From positions 288,001 to 352,000 of the forward strand of contig CAVPOM010000007.1 in NCBI GenBank assembly GCA_963707025.1: a DNA stretch of 64,000 bases. The letters run 5' to 3'. The position numbers and the translations under genes were made by a program. Of this stretch, positions 54,173 through 64,000 are shown in pieces (position 1 is the first letter of the stretch; every line of letters starts with the position of its first letter). The notes under the pieces are model-generated. The model ran no database searches. It was not told where the DNA came from and saw nothing but the letters and a program-made list of their open reading frames with translations. The DNA comes from an uncultured Verrucomicrobiae bacterium (GTDB lineage: Bacteria; Verrucomicrobiota; Verrucomicrobiia; Limisphaerales; Palsa-1400).

Positions 54173-55850
54173 CTACCTGGTTGTGTCCAGGATCAAAACG
54201 AGTTTTCCCGCACCGTCAGGAATGAGCCGAATGGCGCCATTATCCAATTGCCGGCAGGAACCGGCGTCGGGAGCCAGCCTGAGTTGATAGTTCATTCCAG
54301 TGTAATGATACGCGATGCTGTTGGGCGTGACGGTCTGTACGGCAGATTTTTGCCTGGCGCCGCCGATCATGTCCCAGGCCCAGCGCAAGGGTTGCCCTTG
54401 TCCGTCCACGCCGCTGAAAGTTACATTGCTTTCACTGCAAACGATGGCAAAGGTCCCGCCACCGCCCAGGGGCTGCCTGATACTCAAATCAGTTGGGTTC
54501 AAGTTCCTGACCACCGGTGGGCCGTCCGGCGCCATGGGTGATTTTTCGCCGTCGGATGAGAGCACCACCGGCCAGATGCCTGCCTTTTCTGTCCCCGACC
54601 ACAGCGATCCCTCCATCACGGGCAGGGTGCCATAGGCCAAAGACCTCGACGTGAGAGCAGTGTCATGGGTTGGAGAAACCATGTTTTCGTCGAAGCAGTG
54701 GAGATCGCGGATGAAAAAAGCGCCGTTCTCCCAAAGAAAATTGATGCGATAAAAGCGGCTGTCATACCAGACGGTCTTTCGGTTTTGATGTTTCCAATCG
54801 TCCAGGGCAACCACCGCCGTGGGCGGCGTGAGGGAATAGTGGCGATGGAACCATGCGCCCGCTTGCGCCAGCGTCTCGACTTGGATCTCTCCGGCCGCGG
54901 CCTGTTTGGCCAGGAGCGCCACTTGCAGCGTCAAGCCCGTTTTCATCGCCTCCCAGCCAAATGAGTTTTCTTGTCCGGCCTGGGTATAGGCAAAGGCCAG
55001 GGAGGGTTGATGGATCAGATTATTCATGAACCACGCCACCCAGTCTGCCGAGCCTCCCGCTTTTGGATAGACCGGTTCGAGAGTGAACATCCCCGGGGAG
55101 TTGGCATATTGATAAATGGGATCGCTCCCCAGCATCCGAAAGATCGGCACCTCAATCTGTCCCGCCCTGGTCTGTGCCGGCATATAGGCGTTGAGGCGGC
55201 TGGGATAGTAGGCTTGATTCCAATAGCCGCCCCACAGGGTGTAGCCATCCGTGCCAACCTGGTCTTTGCAATTGCAGGAGGCCACAAGGCCGTAATGCTC
55301 CGCCAAGTAAGCCAGGGTGACTTCATCCATATACCAGGAGCCGGCCGTGCGGGGATAATAACCAAAAATCCCCTTGAAATCGGCCATATAGACGTCCACC
55401 AGCTTGCGCCGTTCTTCCGGCGTGTAGCCCGGTGAAAAACCGACATTGGCCGTCGGATCCCACTCATGCCGGCCCCGCCATTTCAAGCCGGCCTTTCTCG
55501 GCCAATGGTCGCGGAATCTCCCACCAGGCCGCAATCTCCTCATTTGTTCCCAACTGCTCCTTCAAGAGCTTCTGATAGCGGGGGTTGATCAGGGCATCAT
55601 ACTGCAGAGCCCAGGTCGCGGGCAAGTTGGCCTGTTTGATCAACTGTATTTCCTGCCGGGTGGCTTCATAAAGGACCTCTTCGGAATTGGTCAGGCGATA
55701 ATCGGAGTTGCGCACGAAATTATAAATATTCACAATGCGCGGTTCGCTGGCGTCCGCCGCTGGCAGCGTGTCCGCCAAGGAGACACCGCCCAGCAGGAGA
55801 AAGGAGAGGCTGCCTCCCAGAAACGCGTCAATCATTGCCTTGGGCTTCAT
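54173..55850 (-). pseudogene. Secreted hypothetical protein, possibly carbohydrate-active, frameshifted near 55495
   Basis: Signal peptide, PRIVNIYNFVR..ATWALQYDAL; WWEIPRPLAEK joins AGLKWRGR across frames. Confidence 0.7.
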
Positions 55851-55956
55851 CGGAAGAGGCCAGTTTTATGAGCGGTTGGCTGGGAGAGAGAAACCATGGC
55901 CATGCCGGAGAGGCGTGACTGGATGCAGCGAGTGATTCTTAAGCATCATTTTCAAA

Positions 55957-56110
55957 GCCATCCCATGGAAAATCGAAACACGTGAGGGCTTGACCTTTTG
56001 AACCTGCCACACGGCAGGCCTGAAAAGCAAAAAATCAAACTCACACGATCCCGGTTTAACATTTTGCGCCAGATTGGCAATCTCATTCCTGAGCGCCAAT
56101 TCTCCGAGGG
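55957..56110 (+). mobile_element. Possible 5' remnant of an IS4-family (DUF4372-type) element
   Basis: KIKLTRSRFNILRQIGNLIP resembles, from memory, N-termini of such transposases; AT-richer patch; no DDE domain. Confidence 0.4.
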
Positions 56111-56129
56111 CGCAACTCGACACCCGCGC

Positions 56130-56181
56130 CGCAGGGCAGGCTTCCAGCCTGCCGGTGCTGGGGGCATCCTTGCCCCCAGTC
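56130..56181. repeat. REP-like double hairpin
   Basis: gcaggcttccagcctgc and ctgggggcatccttgcccccag hairpins. Confidence 0.6.
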
Positions 56182-56287
56182 TGAATTCTGGCGCGGGTGT
56201 CAAGCTGCGCCCCCATCGGGTGTCATGGGAATTGGCTGGACAGCCGGAAGTTTCCCGCCACAATGACTCGCCGGCAAAGCCCATCCT

Positions 56288-57736
56288 ATGAATGCTTTTG
56301 TGACGAGCGCAACAGTTGCCGCGACGCGCATGAGGAAACCCCCAGTCGGGCGATGGGTCGCGATTGCGGCGATTTTTCTGGCGGCGCTGGGTAGTCTTGA
56401 CGGAAGGTTGTCCAGGCTCTACGCCCAGAACCAGGATGTTTCAGCGCAGTTTCCCGAGCCTGCCCTGGTGACGGCGGATTACCCGGATGACGCCCAACGG
56501 TGGGGCGCCTTTAACATTCTGCGCCAGGCGCTCAACAGCACGGCGCCCAAGCCCATGTCCAAGGCCGCTTACGCAAAGTTTTTTGCTTACGAGGCAGCTT
56601 ACAACGGGATCGCTAACGCCATCATGGCAAAGGGGGGAGTGCAAAACCAGGCTTACAAGGATTTCAACACTCGCTGTGACAAACTGCTCTCCGACCCGGA
56701 CTTTGGGCGCTCGGTTCTGGAAAAGTATCATCTCACGGCCTTGGTGAAGCGCCAGCGCGAGGCCGCCGCCGCTCCTTCCGCTCCAGGTTCGCCCAACCCT
56801 GCTCCGGTTGCAGTCCCGCCGCCGGCCGCGCCCCGCCTTTTCGCGCCCCCGACACCGCAAAGGAATTTTCTCGACGATCCCTGGCCCTATCCACAGTCCT
56901 TTCCCCTGCTGCTGATTTTTTTGTTGCCGGTGGCATTTTTCACCTGGCTGGCATTGCGCGGGGCGGGGCCGGGGCGGAGGATTCTTCGGACGCCCCCACC
57001 TGAGCCGGGCGGCCTGCCGGCCTTGCCCGAATCTTTGCGCGTGGTGACCGTGCCGGGCGTGCGCTACGCCGTTTATGTATTGTCCGGGATGGTGCTGCAG
57101 AAGGAGTCCAATACCTACCAGCAGAGTTACACCCAGACGACGGGCGGCCAGGCGACCCACATGGGCGGAGGCCAGTTTCAATACACTGCACCGACAACGA
57201 CGACCCACACCGAGACCACGCGGGAGGAAATCATCTGGGTGCGCACGCCGGACAACCACGAAAAGCCGTGGACACTTTACAACAGCCAGTTTCAGTCGCG
57301 CCCCGGGCAAATCGTCAGTGTGCTGGTGCGCCCGCTGACCGCCGATACGGGGGACATTATCCTGGCCTACAACCACACCACCGCAAACATGGAGATGTGT
57401 CCGGCCATGCAAAAGGCGCACGGCACGGGCGGGTTCCTCCGCCGCGAATTTGTGCAATGGACGGCGAACCTGACGGCAGCGGCCGGCTCAGCCATCGTGG
57501 CAAGACGGTATCTGCCCATGTATTATCACGGCTCCCTCTACGCGGGCTTTCTGGTTTGGTGGATCTTTGGGACGGTGGTGCTGGTGACGATTTCGTTTTT
57601 AATTGTGACTCCGATCCTTACGAAGATGCTGCAAAAACGGCGCGATGCGTCCTTCAAAAGAAAATACATGCCCGGACTTCGCCAATTCTTCGAGCAGGGC
57701 ACGGCGATTTTGCAAAGAACGTTCGGCCGGGTTTAA
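56288..57736 (+). CDS. Hypothetical membrane protein
   Basis: Signal/TM, helical domain, Pro linker, TM, Thr-rich beta domain, two C-terminal TMs. Confidence 0.7.
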   Translation: MNAFVTSATVAATRMRKPPVGRWVAIAAIFLAALGSLDGRLSRLYAQNQDVSAQFPEPALVTADYPDDAQRWGAFNILRQALNSTAPKPMSKAAYAKFFAYEAAYNGIANAIMAKGGVQNQAYKDFNTRCDKLLSDPDFGRSVLEKYHLTALVKRQREAAAAPSAPGSPNPAPVAVPPPAAPRLFAPPTPQRNFLDDPWPYPQSFPLLLIFLLPVAFFTWLALRGAGPGRRILRTPPPEPGGLPALPESLRVVTVPGVRYAVYVLSGMVLQKESNTYQQSYTQTTGGQATHMGGGQFQYTAPTTTTHTETTREEIIWVRTPDNHEKPWTLYNSQFQSRPGQIVSVLVRPLTADTGDIILAYNHTTANMEMCPAMQKAHGTGGFLRREFVQWTANLTAAAGSAIVARRYLPMYYHGSLYAGFLVWWIFGTVVLVTISFLIVTPILTKMLQKRRDASFKRKYMPGLRQFFEQGTAILQRTFGRV

Positions 57737-57787
57737 AAAGCAGGTTCTCCCCGCGCGCATCCGGCCCTTGGGTCGGATCAACCATTG

Positions 57788-58927
57788 TCAGCGCCAATAA
57801 CCCTCGAGGCGTTTGACCAGAAGTTTGTCGCAGCCTTCCCGCGAAGCCGGCTGGATGGCCTGGTAATCCGGGTGATGGGAGTTTTGCATGTCCGCGATGA
57901 CCCACTCGCCCTGGCGGTCGCACACCACGAAATGCACGAATCCCTGCTCCCAGTTCTGCGGATTGAACGCGTAATCCGGGTAGAGAACATAATCGGCGTC
58001 CGGCGGATTTTTCCTGGCGTAATCCCGGAATTCGCGCGCCAGGTCCCACAGCGACTTGAGTTCGTTGGGATCGGCCTGCGACGCCTTGAGCAACAGGGAT
58101 TGATTCGCCGCCGACGCCTTGCACAGTCCCGCCTCGTTGATCATCTTGGCCAGGCTGGCGGCGCTGGCGGCATCCGCCTCACGGCCATGAACGCGCGCCG
58201 GGAAGATGAGGAGCGTCGCCTTGCCTTTGGATTCCTTCAGCAACTGCTGGCGTTGCGGCAGGGCCGCCCTTTCCTCCCCGGGAGGCAGGCCGCTCCGCTC
58301 ATCCAGGAGGGCCGCCAGCTTGCCCGGTTTGGCCGCCTTGGCCGTGGCTTCGTTGAGGCCCAATTGCGGACTCAGCCGCTCGACGAGCAGAACGGACATC
58401 GTCATCGGCTCCCGGGCGTCGTTCTTCTGGAACGCTTTGTCCTGCGGCGTCTGCCGGTCCGTCCACACGACCGCGCCGGCCTGATCCACCACGACCGCGC
58501 GCAGTTCATTCAAGCCGGTTTGACGGCCGCCATTGTATTCGGCGTAAAGCGCATGGCCGGTCGTGATCGGATTCGTCTTGACAAACGCCCCGACGGCGGC
58601 GGCCAAACTTTCCAAATTCGCGGCCGCCGGCGCGCACGGCGTTTTGCCAAGCTCGATGTTTCTCAATCCCTGCTTTTCGAGCAGAACGCCCACCACCTCG
58701 GTCACGCGATCGAAGGGTTGGCCGGCCAGGCGCACGGGGAGAATGGTCAGCGAGCCGTCCGGCCCTTTGGATTTCATCAACTCCAGCCGCTGCTGCTGCT
58801 CCGGCGCAACGCCGCCTTGTGGTCCGGCGGCCGCCGGGCAACGGCCCGCCCACATCGCGGCCAGGACCAGGGACATCGCCAGGGCCTTCGCGCGGAACCA
58901 ACTCATCGTCGTGCTTGGATTTATCAT
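57788..58927 (-). CDS. Secreted hypothetical protein
   Basis: Signal peptide, host-like codon usage, two similar alpha/beta units. Confidence 0.7.
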   Translation of the reverse strand: MINPSTTMSWFRAKALAMSLVLAAMWAGRCPAAAGPQGGVAPEQQQRLELMKSKGPDGSLTILPVRLAGQPFDRVTEVVGVLLEKQGLRNIELGKTPCAPAAANLESLAAAVGAFVKTNPITTGHALYAEYNGGRQTGLNELRAVVVDQAGAVVWTDRQTPQDKAFQKNDAREPMTMSVLLVERLSPQLGLNEATAKAAKPGKLAALLDERSGLPPGEERAALPQRQQLLKESKGKATLLIFPARVHGREADAASAASLAKMINEAGLCKASAANQSLLLKASQADPNELKSLWDLAREFRDYARKNPPDADYVLYPDYAFNPQNWEQGFVHFVVCDRQGEWVIADMQNSHHPDYQAIQPASREGCDKLLVKRLEGYWR

Positions 58928-59048
58928 GGTATTGCTCCTGTAGTTTGCGGTTTGATTTGTTTCATGGCCAGGCTGTTTTCTCGTCAGCACATTACCACCG
59001 CCGGCGGGAGAGCGTTAATTGATAAAACAAGCACCAACATTGACTGTC

Positions 59049-62000
59049 TCAATGAACGTCCCTCACGTCGCCTAACGAAGCGCGATAGAGATGCCGGTCA
59101 AACTGCGCCCACAAGCAACCGCCGCCGATCTGGATACGCTTCACTGAGGTTGCCGGGATGTAACAAAAGTTTCGGACCTTTTGTTGCGTCAAATCAACCC
59201 TTGCGATATATCCCTCGCCGCCAACCCACAATTCGTCCTGGTCCAAAGCCATCGTGTTCGGCGGATTCGGCAAGCCTTCCGCATCCTTGAGCGTCTGCCA
59301 GCGGGCGTCGCGAAGGTTCCATATTTCCAGACCACCTATGTCGGTAAGCTCGCCAGATCTCGTGCGAACCCACAGGTTGCTATTGGCCCGTGCGTTCGCG
59401 GTTGCCTGGGCAAGTTGATCCTCTGACACGACGAATTCAGTATTTTCGCGCTGGATATTGGCCGTGCCATTCCCACGGCGGCTTACAATTCCGACCCCTA
59501 TTTGGCGGATGCTGACGCCTTCAACCCAATATTGTTGACCTACGGCAATGGAATCAATTTTGAAGCCGTTTCGATTCGGCAACATCTCCCAGATATTGCT
59601 CGCGGCAGCGAACTGTTGCAGCCCCTTCCCGGAAACCAGCGCCAAAACACCGCCATTGGCTGGGCTGGCAAGGTCAACCACCGGATGCCGGGGCGGACCG
59701 TCAGGCGGATCAACCGCGATCACGGGATAATAGCCATGGTTGTTCAACGACGGCAGATACGACGTGAACTGCCGCGACGACAAGTCGAGTTTGCCCAAAC
59801 CACCATCCTTCCCATGGCCATAGCCAATCCACAACATGCCGCCGGCGAGATGGAGTTTAGAAACGGAATTCATCAGCAAACCATCGTTGACCGTAAATAG
59901 GCGGTGTCGGCCGCCGGCTTTGTCGGTTTCGATCAAACCAGCCCCGTCGGATCCTGCCCAAACATTTGATTCGCCGATGCAAATGCAGGTAAACGGCGCA
60001 TTCCCATCCATGTCCAGGGGGATCCTCAAGTTGCTTTTCAATTTGAAATCCAAATGTGTTATTTCTCCGCGTCGCGCAATCCAAAGCCCGGTTAAATCGG
60101 CGGAAAAACAAGACGCATCGTCAAGGTCAAGGCAGGCGCTACCCATCTCAAATTCTCGCGCATCACGAACGTGTGGCAGTCCCAGTCGCTCCTCGCATTT
60201 TGCCGTGTATCTTCCCGTGAGCACCGGCCCGCGCCGCTCAATCCAGCGACCGCCGATCCACCCCTCGGACAGGGCGAGGGGAACGGGGCGGTTTGAGTAG
60301 CACTTGAATATTTCCAGAGCGCTCGCCCATTGCTGATGCTCGAAACACTCAAGCGCAAGGGCGAGCCTTTTATCTCCGAGACTCCCGAACCAATTGCCGC
60401 TTGGATCACCAGCCTTCTGCCCGCGGTCAACAATCATTGAGGCCAATTGAAAACACCCGTGCTCATAGCACCAAGGCAATAACTCGCCATCCATATCTGT
60501 CCAAAAGAGCATTGACCTGTCGAAACGCAGCGAATTGGTGCCGGGATTGTCGGCATGCTCAGGATGCTGAATGTACTGGTCGAGCGTCTTCTGAAATTCA
60601 GCAATGATCGGCGCATTCGTGTCCACCTGCAATTTTACAACGGCAGCCTGCAAGTAAGGTGTCAACTCGGGGAATTTTGCCTGCAATTCAGGCAGGAGAT
60701 CCTGCGCCGCGCCGACGGCGGCCGATTGGTTTGTGCCAAAAGCTTCTGCAAACGCCGCCATCGCGCCCAGGGGTGAATTATAGCCGCCACCTCCAGTGAA
60801 GTCCTTGAATGACTGAATGGCGTTTAGCAGTTGGATTTTTGCCTGATCCAAACTAACGGGTTTGGCAGGTTCCCTCTCGCCCTGCAAAAACTTGAGATAC
60901 TTGGCCGCAGCATCGGCTTGTTGTTGAAAGTAGGTTCGCGCTTTCGGGTTGGCGCTGTGGGCTGCGGCTTTTGCGTACCAAGGCTGCTCCCCCCAAGGCC
61001 CTTCGCCTTCAAAGGACCATAATAAACGGAACTGGGCTTCACTCACCCATTTGTCATCCAGGGGTTCGTCCAGCACCTGGCGATACTGCTCGCGGGCCTC
61101 CTCGCGACGGTTCAAGACGGGGTCCTGCAGACAATCGCCAAGGCCAAGCCTGGCTTGTCGGTTGGTGGGATCAAGTGCGATTACGGTTTGGAACGCACGG
61201 ATGGCTTCTTCGAGATTCCTCCGGCGGCGGATCGCCTGCTCACCGGTGAGAGATTTATCTCTGTTTTCCAAATAGATGGATGTTCCGTGCTCAGTTAACA
61301 ACTCCTTGCCGATGTCCATCTGGTTGATAACCTCCGTGCGGCGGCTCAGCACCACGGTGGACGCACCTTGTTTGATTTGGGTTGCTATGGTTTGCTGGAT
61401 CTCCCGAAACAATCCTTCTCCCGGCAGACCACGCAACGCCGTTTCCTTCGGAAGACGACCAAAAATACGGGCGACATTCAGCAAGACCTCCACTTCAGTT
61501 CCATTGTTCCCGTAGGACTGATAACGGCCGGTCACCAACCACCAGGCCGACTGCAAGGGTTGCGCGCCGGCGCTGCTTGATTCGGTCAGTCCGGCGAGGT
61601 CTAATTGCACTTCCTGCAACAATGCATCCACATATTCCCGCTCGAGCATGGTGACGTTGTCCGCACGAAAGGCGGACATCAAATACCCCCGCAGTTGTGC
61701 TGGAAAACCGGCCTGGCGATTGTTGAGGCTCAAATCTTCAAATGCGCTGATAGCAAGATAAACATGCGGTTTTGGCCGGCTGGCGCCTTGTCGGGACTCG
61801 CGGACAAAGCCTGCTAATTCCCTGGCTAACTGTGGCGCTCCTTTGTCTTGCGGACAAACCCCTACATCTCGCAGAATTCCCGTACGCACGTCCACCAAGC
61901 GCACCACAGTGGAGTTTGTGCCGCCGGCCGTGGCCGTGGTTCCAAGCAGAAACCAGTCGGCTTTCAATAATTTGCCAACCCGCACTGCATCTTTGGCGCG

Positions 62001-62393
62001 AATGAGGCTCGACAAACTCATTTCCTGCTCGCTCAGAACGCGATCAATGGACTGCCTTTCGACCAGTTCCAAACCCTGAGCTCGCGTCAATTCAGCCGTG
62101 ACCAGGTCCGCCATCTGACGGTTTTCAGCGTCATTCGTCATGCCCAGGCAGCCCACGGCCAGTCGCACCTGCTGTTTCGGATCCAGCAGAACCGGGACAG
62201 CGGCGGCGGGTGTTGCCGGCGCAAGATTCAACTTTAAGAAGGCGTCGCGGATTTCTTTGTCAGAAAACGGACGCTGATACGCGGGCCGTTTGCCATCGGA
62301 ATCATCCGATTGGCCAATCTGGAAAACGAGGAGAGCCGTCAAACCAGCCAGAGCCAAAAGTCCACCAGCAATATAAATGGATTTTTTCTTCAT
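59049..62393 (-). CDS. Large membrane-anchored protein: two CsgG/HfaB-like domains + TPR + beta-propeller
   Basis: LELVERQSIDRVLSEQ..VGKLLKADW and MLEREYVDALLQE; TPR segment; repeated LWIG/VWAG/LWVG blades. Confidence 0.7.
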   Translation of the reverse strand: MKKKSIYIAGGLLALAGLTALLVFQIGQSDDSDGKRPAYQRPFSDKEIRDAFLKLNLAPATPAAAVPVLLDPKQQVRLAVGCLGMTNDAENRQMADLVTAELTRAQGLELVERQSIDRVLSEQEMSLSSLIRAKDAVRVGKLLKADWFLLGTTATAGGTNSTVVRLVDVRTGILRDVGVCPQDKGAPQLARELAGFVRESRQGASRPKPHVYLAISAFEDLSLNNRQAGFPAQLRGYLMSAFRADNVTMLEREYVDALLQEVQLDLAGLTESSSAGAQPLQSAWWLVTGRYQSYGNNGTEVEVLLNVARIFGRLPKETALRGLPGEGLFREIQQTIATQIKQGASTVVLSRRTEVINQMDIGKELLTEHGTSIYLENRDKSLTGEQAIRRRRNLEEAIRAFQTVIALDPTNRQARLGLGDCLQDPVLNRREEAREQYRQVLDEPLDDKWVSEAQFRLLWSFEGEGPWGEQPWYAKAAAHSANPKARTYFQQQADAAAKYLKFLQGEREPAKPVSLDQAKIQLLNAIQSFKDFTGGGGYNSPLGAMAAFAEAFGTNQSAAVGAAQDLLPELQAKFPELTPYLQAAVVKLQVDTNAPIIAEFQKTLDQYIQHPEHADNPGTNSLRFDRSMLFWTDMDGELLPWCYEHGCFQLASMIVDRGQKAGDPSGNWFGSLGDKRLALALECFEHQQWASALEIFKCYSNRPVPLALSEGWIGGRWIERRGPVLTGRYTAKCEERLGLPHVRDAREFEMGSACLDLDDASCFSADLTGLWIARRGEITHLDFKLKSNLRIPLDMDGNAPFTCICIGESNVWAGSDGAGLIETDKAGGRHRLFTVNDGLLMNSVSKLHLAGGMLWIGYGHGKDGGLGKLDLSSRQFTSYLPSLNNHGYYPVIAVDPPDGPPRHPVVDLASPANGGVLALVSGKGLQQFAAASNIWEMLPNRNGFKIDSIAVGQQYWVEGVSIRQIGVGIVSRRGNGTANIQRENTEFVVSEDQLAQATANARANSNLWVRTRSGELTDIGGLEIWNLRDARWQTLKDAEGLPNPPNTMALDQDELWVGGEGYIARVDLTQQKVRNFCYIPATSVKRIQIGGGCLWAQFDRHLYRASLGDVRDVH

Positions 62394-62725
62394 TGCCGGC
62401 TAGGGCTGTTGCCGGTGACCGGAACGATTTCGATCCGCTGCCTGGCTGTGAGCTTCATCAAGGCCTCCGGACCGCCCTTTTGACGCTCACCAATCCGAAG
62501 CTTGAGATCAAAAGGGGCCATGTGCGCTTATCTTTAAGTTATATGACAGTCCCGCAAGAGGAATCCTTTGATAAATCATCCGAAAAATCGCCCGATGAGC
62601 TTGCGGATTCCAGACCCCTGCCAGAAAATTTGCCGGCATCAACGTTTTCGTCCTGCCGGGGCTTGCGTGCTGGCGAGTCTGGAAACTCCTCCCCCCAATG
62701 GAGGCCTTTCTGATGCCCGGCCTTG

Positions 62726-64000
62726 TCACGGGCGCGGACCGGAGCCGGTCCGGTTGAGTTTCATGCCGAGCCACGAATCCATTTTGGAAAAAAACAAGTC
62801 CTTTTGCTCCGGCGAAAAGGCGCTGACCCGCGCCCCATGATGGCTGTCGGCCACCACGATTTTAACGGCGTCCGTGCGCCCGAGCAGTTGCATTTGCGTG
62901 GCCGACCAGGCGTCCAGTTCGCCATAAACGTAGATGACATGATTGGCCTTGTACTGGAGGAAATTATAGACAAACGCCATCGTCGCCGGATTATACACAA
63001 TTTTCGCGCCGTCGGGACAAATGGCCAGGTTGGAGGGGTTTTTCAAAGTCTTCATGTACTTCTTGAAATCGGTGATGTCATAATTGTAATATCCGATTTC
63101 GGTGAAGGCCTGGTATTGGAAGGCCTGAAACTGCCTTTTGCCCGCGTCGGCGTAATAACGCATGGTTCCCACCCGGTTATAGTATTTGGCCAGGCTTTCC
63201 GCAGAGGCGTCGGACGGCGGAATGTTGGTCGCGCTCTGCCCGTACTGCCAGAAATAATAGGGGTATTCCAGGACGCCGTACTCGTAAGCCTCCGCCAGGC
63301 CCATGGAAATGGTCCACCCCTGGCCATCGGCGTATTTCTTGACGTAGGGCAGGATCTCGTCCTCCCGTTTGAACAGCGCGATTTGGAGCTCCTTTATTTT
63401 CTGGCGGGTGGCGGCGTCGCCCACCGTTTCGATGAAATGATTGATGCGCGGGTCTTCCTGGGTGACGTTGACCGGCGCGACGTAGGCCACCGTCGCATCC
63501 ACATCCTCCGGATAATAGCATTTGTAAAACAGCGCCGTCTGTCCGCCTTTGCTGCTGCCGGAGCTGACCCACTTTCCCTTGTAGAGCGTTTTGAGCGCGG
63601 AGACGATGGCGTGCATATCGTCCGCCGCATTTTTGACCGTCAGATATTCCCACTGCACCGGAGCAGGCATCGAATCCCCAAAAAAACGGTGTTCGACCGT
63701 GACCAGGTTGCCGCCGAGCATGGATTGCAGTTCGCCGCCGGAATTGCCGCGGGCCGCATAACCTTCCGTTTCCAGCAGCACCGCTTTGTCGTAACCGGCA
63801 TGGGAGAGGAAGCATTTCTGGTGGAACTTCGGGCCGGCTGGATTCTGGTGGTCCAGAAGCTGCTCAAAGGTGATGGTGAAAGATTCCTGGAACGCCCCCC
63901 GCGCCGGGGTGGCGCGCACCGCCACCACCCCGGGCAATGCCTTGAGCTTTTGATACAGCTCCGATTCGGTGTTGGTGGTTTGCGCGCCGCTGCCAAGGGA
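62726..64000 (-). CDS. S28/S37-type serine aminopeptidase (5' end outside the window)
   Basis: QLLDH, VEHRFFGDS, GSSKGG nucleophile, YGELDAW; frame open to the window edge. Confidence 0.85.
   Translation of the reverse strand, partial: SLGSGAQTTNTESELYQKLKALPGVVAVRATPARGAFQESFTITFEQLLDHQNPAGPKFHQKCFLSHAGYDKAVLLETEGYAARGNSGGELQSMLGGNLVTVEHRFFGDSMPAPVQWEYLTVKNAADDMHAIVSALKTLYKGKWVSSGSSKGGQTALFYKCYYPEDVDATVAYVAPVNVTQEDPRINHFIETVGDAATRQKIKELQIALFKREDEILPYVKKYADGQGWTISMGLAEAYEYGVLEYPYYFWQYGQSATNIPPSDASAESLAKYYNRVGTMRYYADAGKRQFQAFQYQAFTEIGYYNYDITDFKKYMKTLKNPSNLAICPDGAKIVYNPATMAFVYNFLQYKANHVIYVYGELDAWSATQMQLLGRTDAVKIVVADSHHGARVSAFSPEQKDLFFSKMDSWLGMKLNRTGSGPRP

Overview
GC-rich bacterial chromosome segment; gene content and intergenic repeat types suggest a Verrucomicrobiota (Pedosphaera-like) genome, which is an inference. 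The backbone is housekeeping and envelope genes: uvrA, iscA/erpA-like, arsC/acr3, mlaEFD, a sigma-54 regulator with a two-component cluster, msrB, mdh, purE, dsbD, a cls-like gene, two radical SAM genes and several secreted proteins. Two accessory islands stand out. (1) 1-2532 is a restriction-modification cassette (amber-interrupted PD-(D/E)xK nuclease, beta-class MTase, HTH) bracketed by a degenerate 54-bp direct repeat. (2) About 13840-21520 is a more AT-rich candidate defence island. Its core is an operon encoding a DUF6036-like nucleotidyltransferase and a 1734-aa protein that fuses an antitoxin-like wHTH module to a NACHT/STAND NTPase, helical repeats and a C-terminal PD-(D/E)xK nuclease; the promoter carries a perfect palindromic operator. 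A DUF6883/DUF4926-like pair inside direct repeats follows. Seven genes carry apparent single-base frameshifts, mostly in short homopolymers, so assembly indel errors are likely. No tRNA, rRNA or CRISPR array was seen. All family assignments come from motif recognition by eye, not from database searches.
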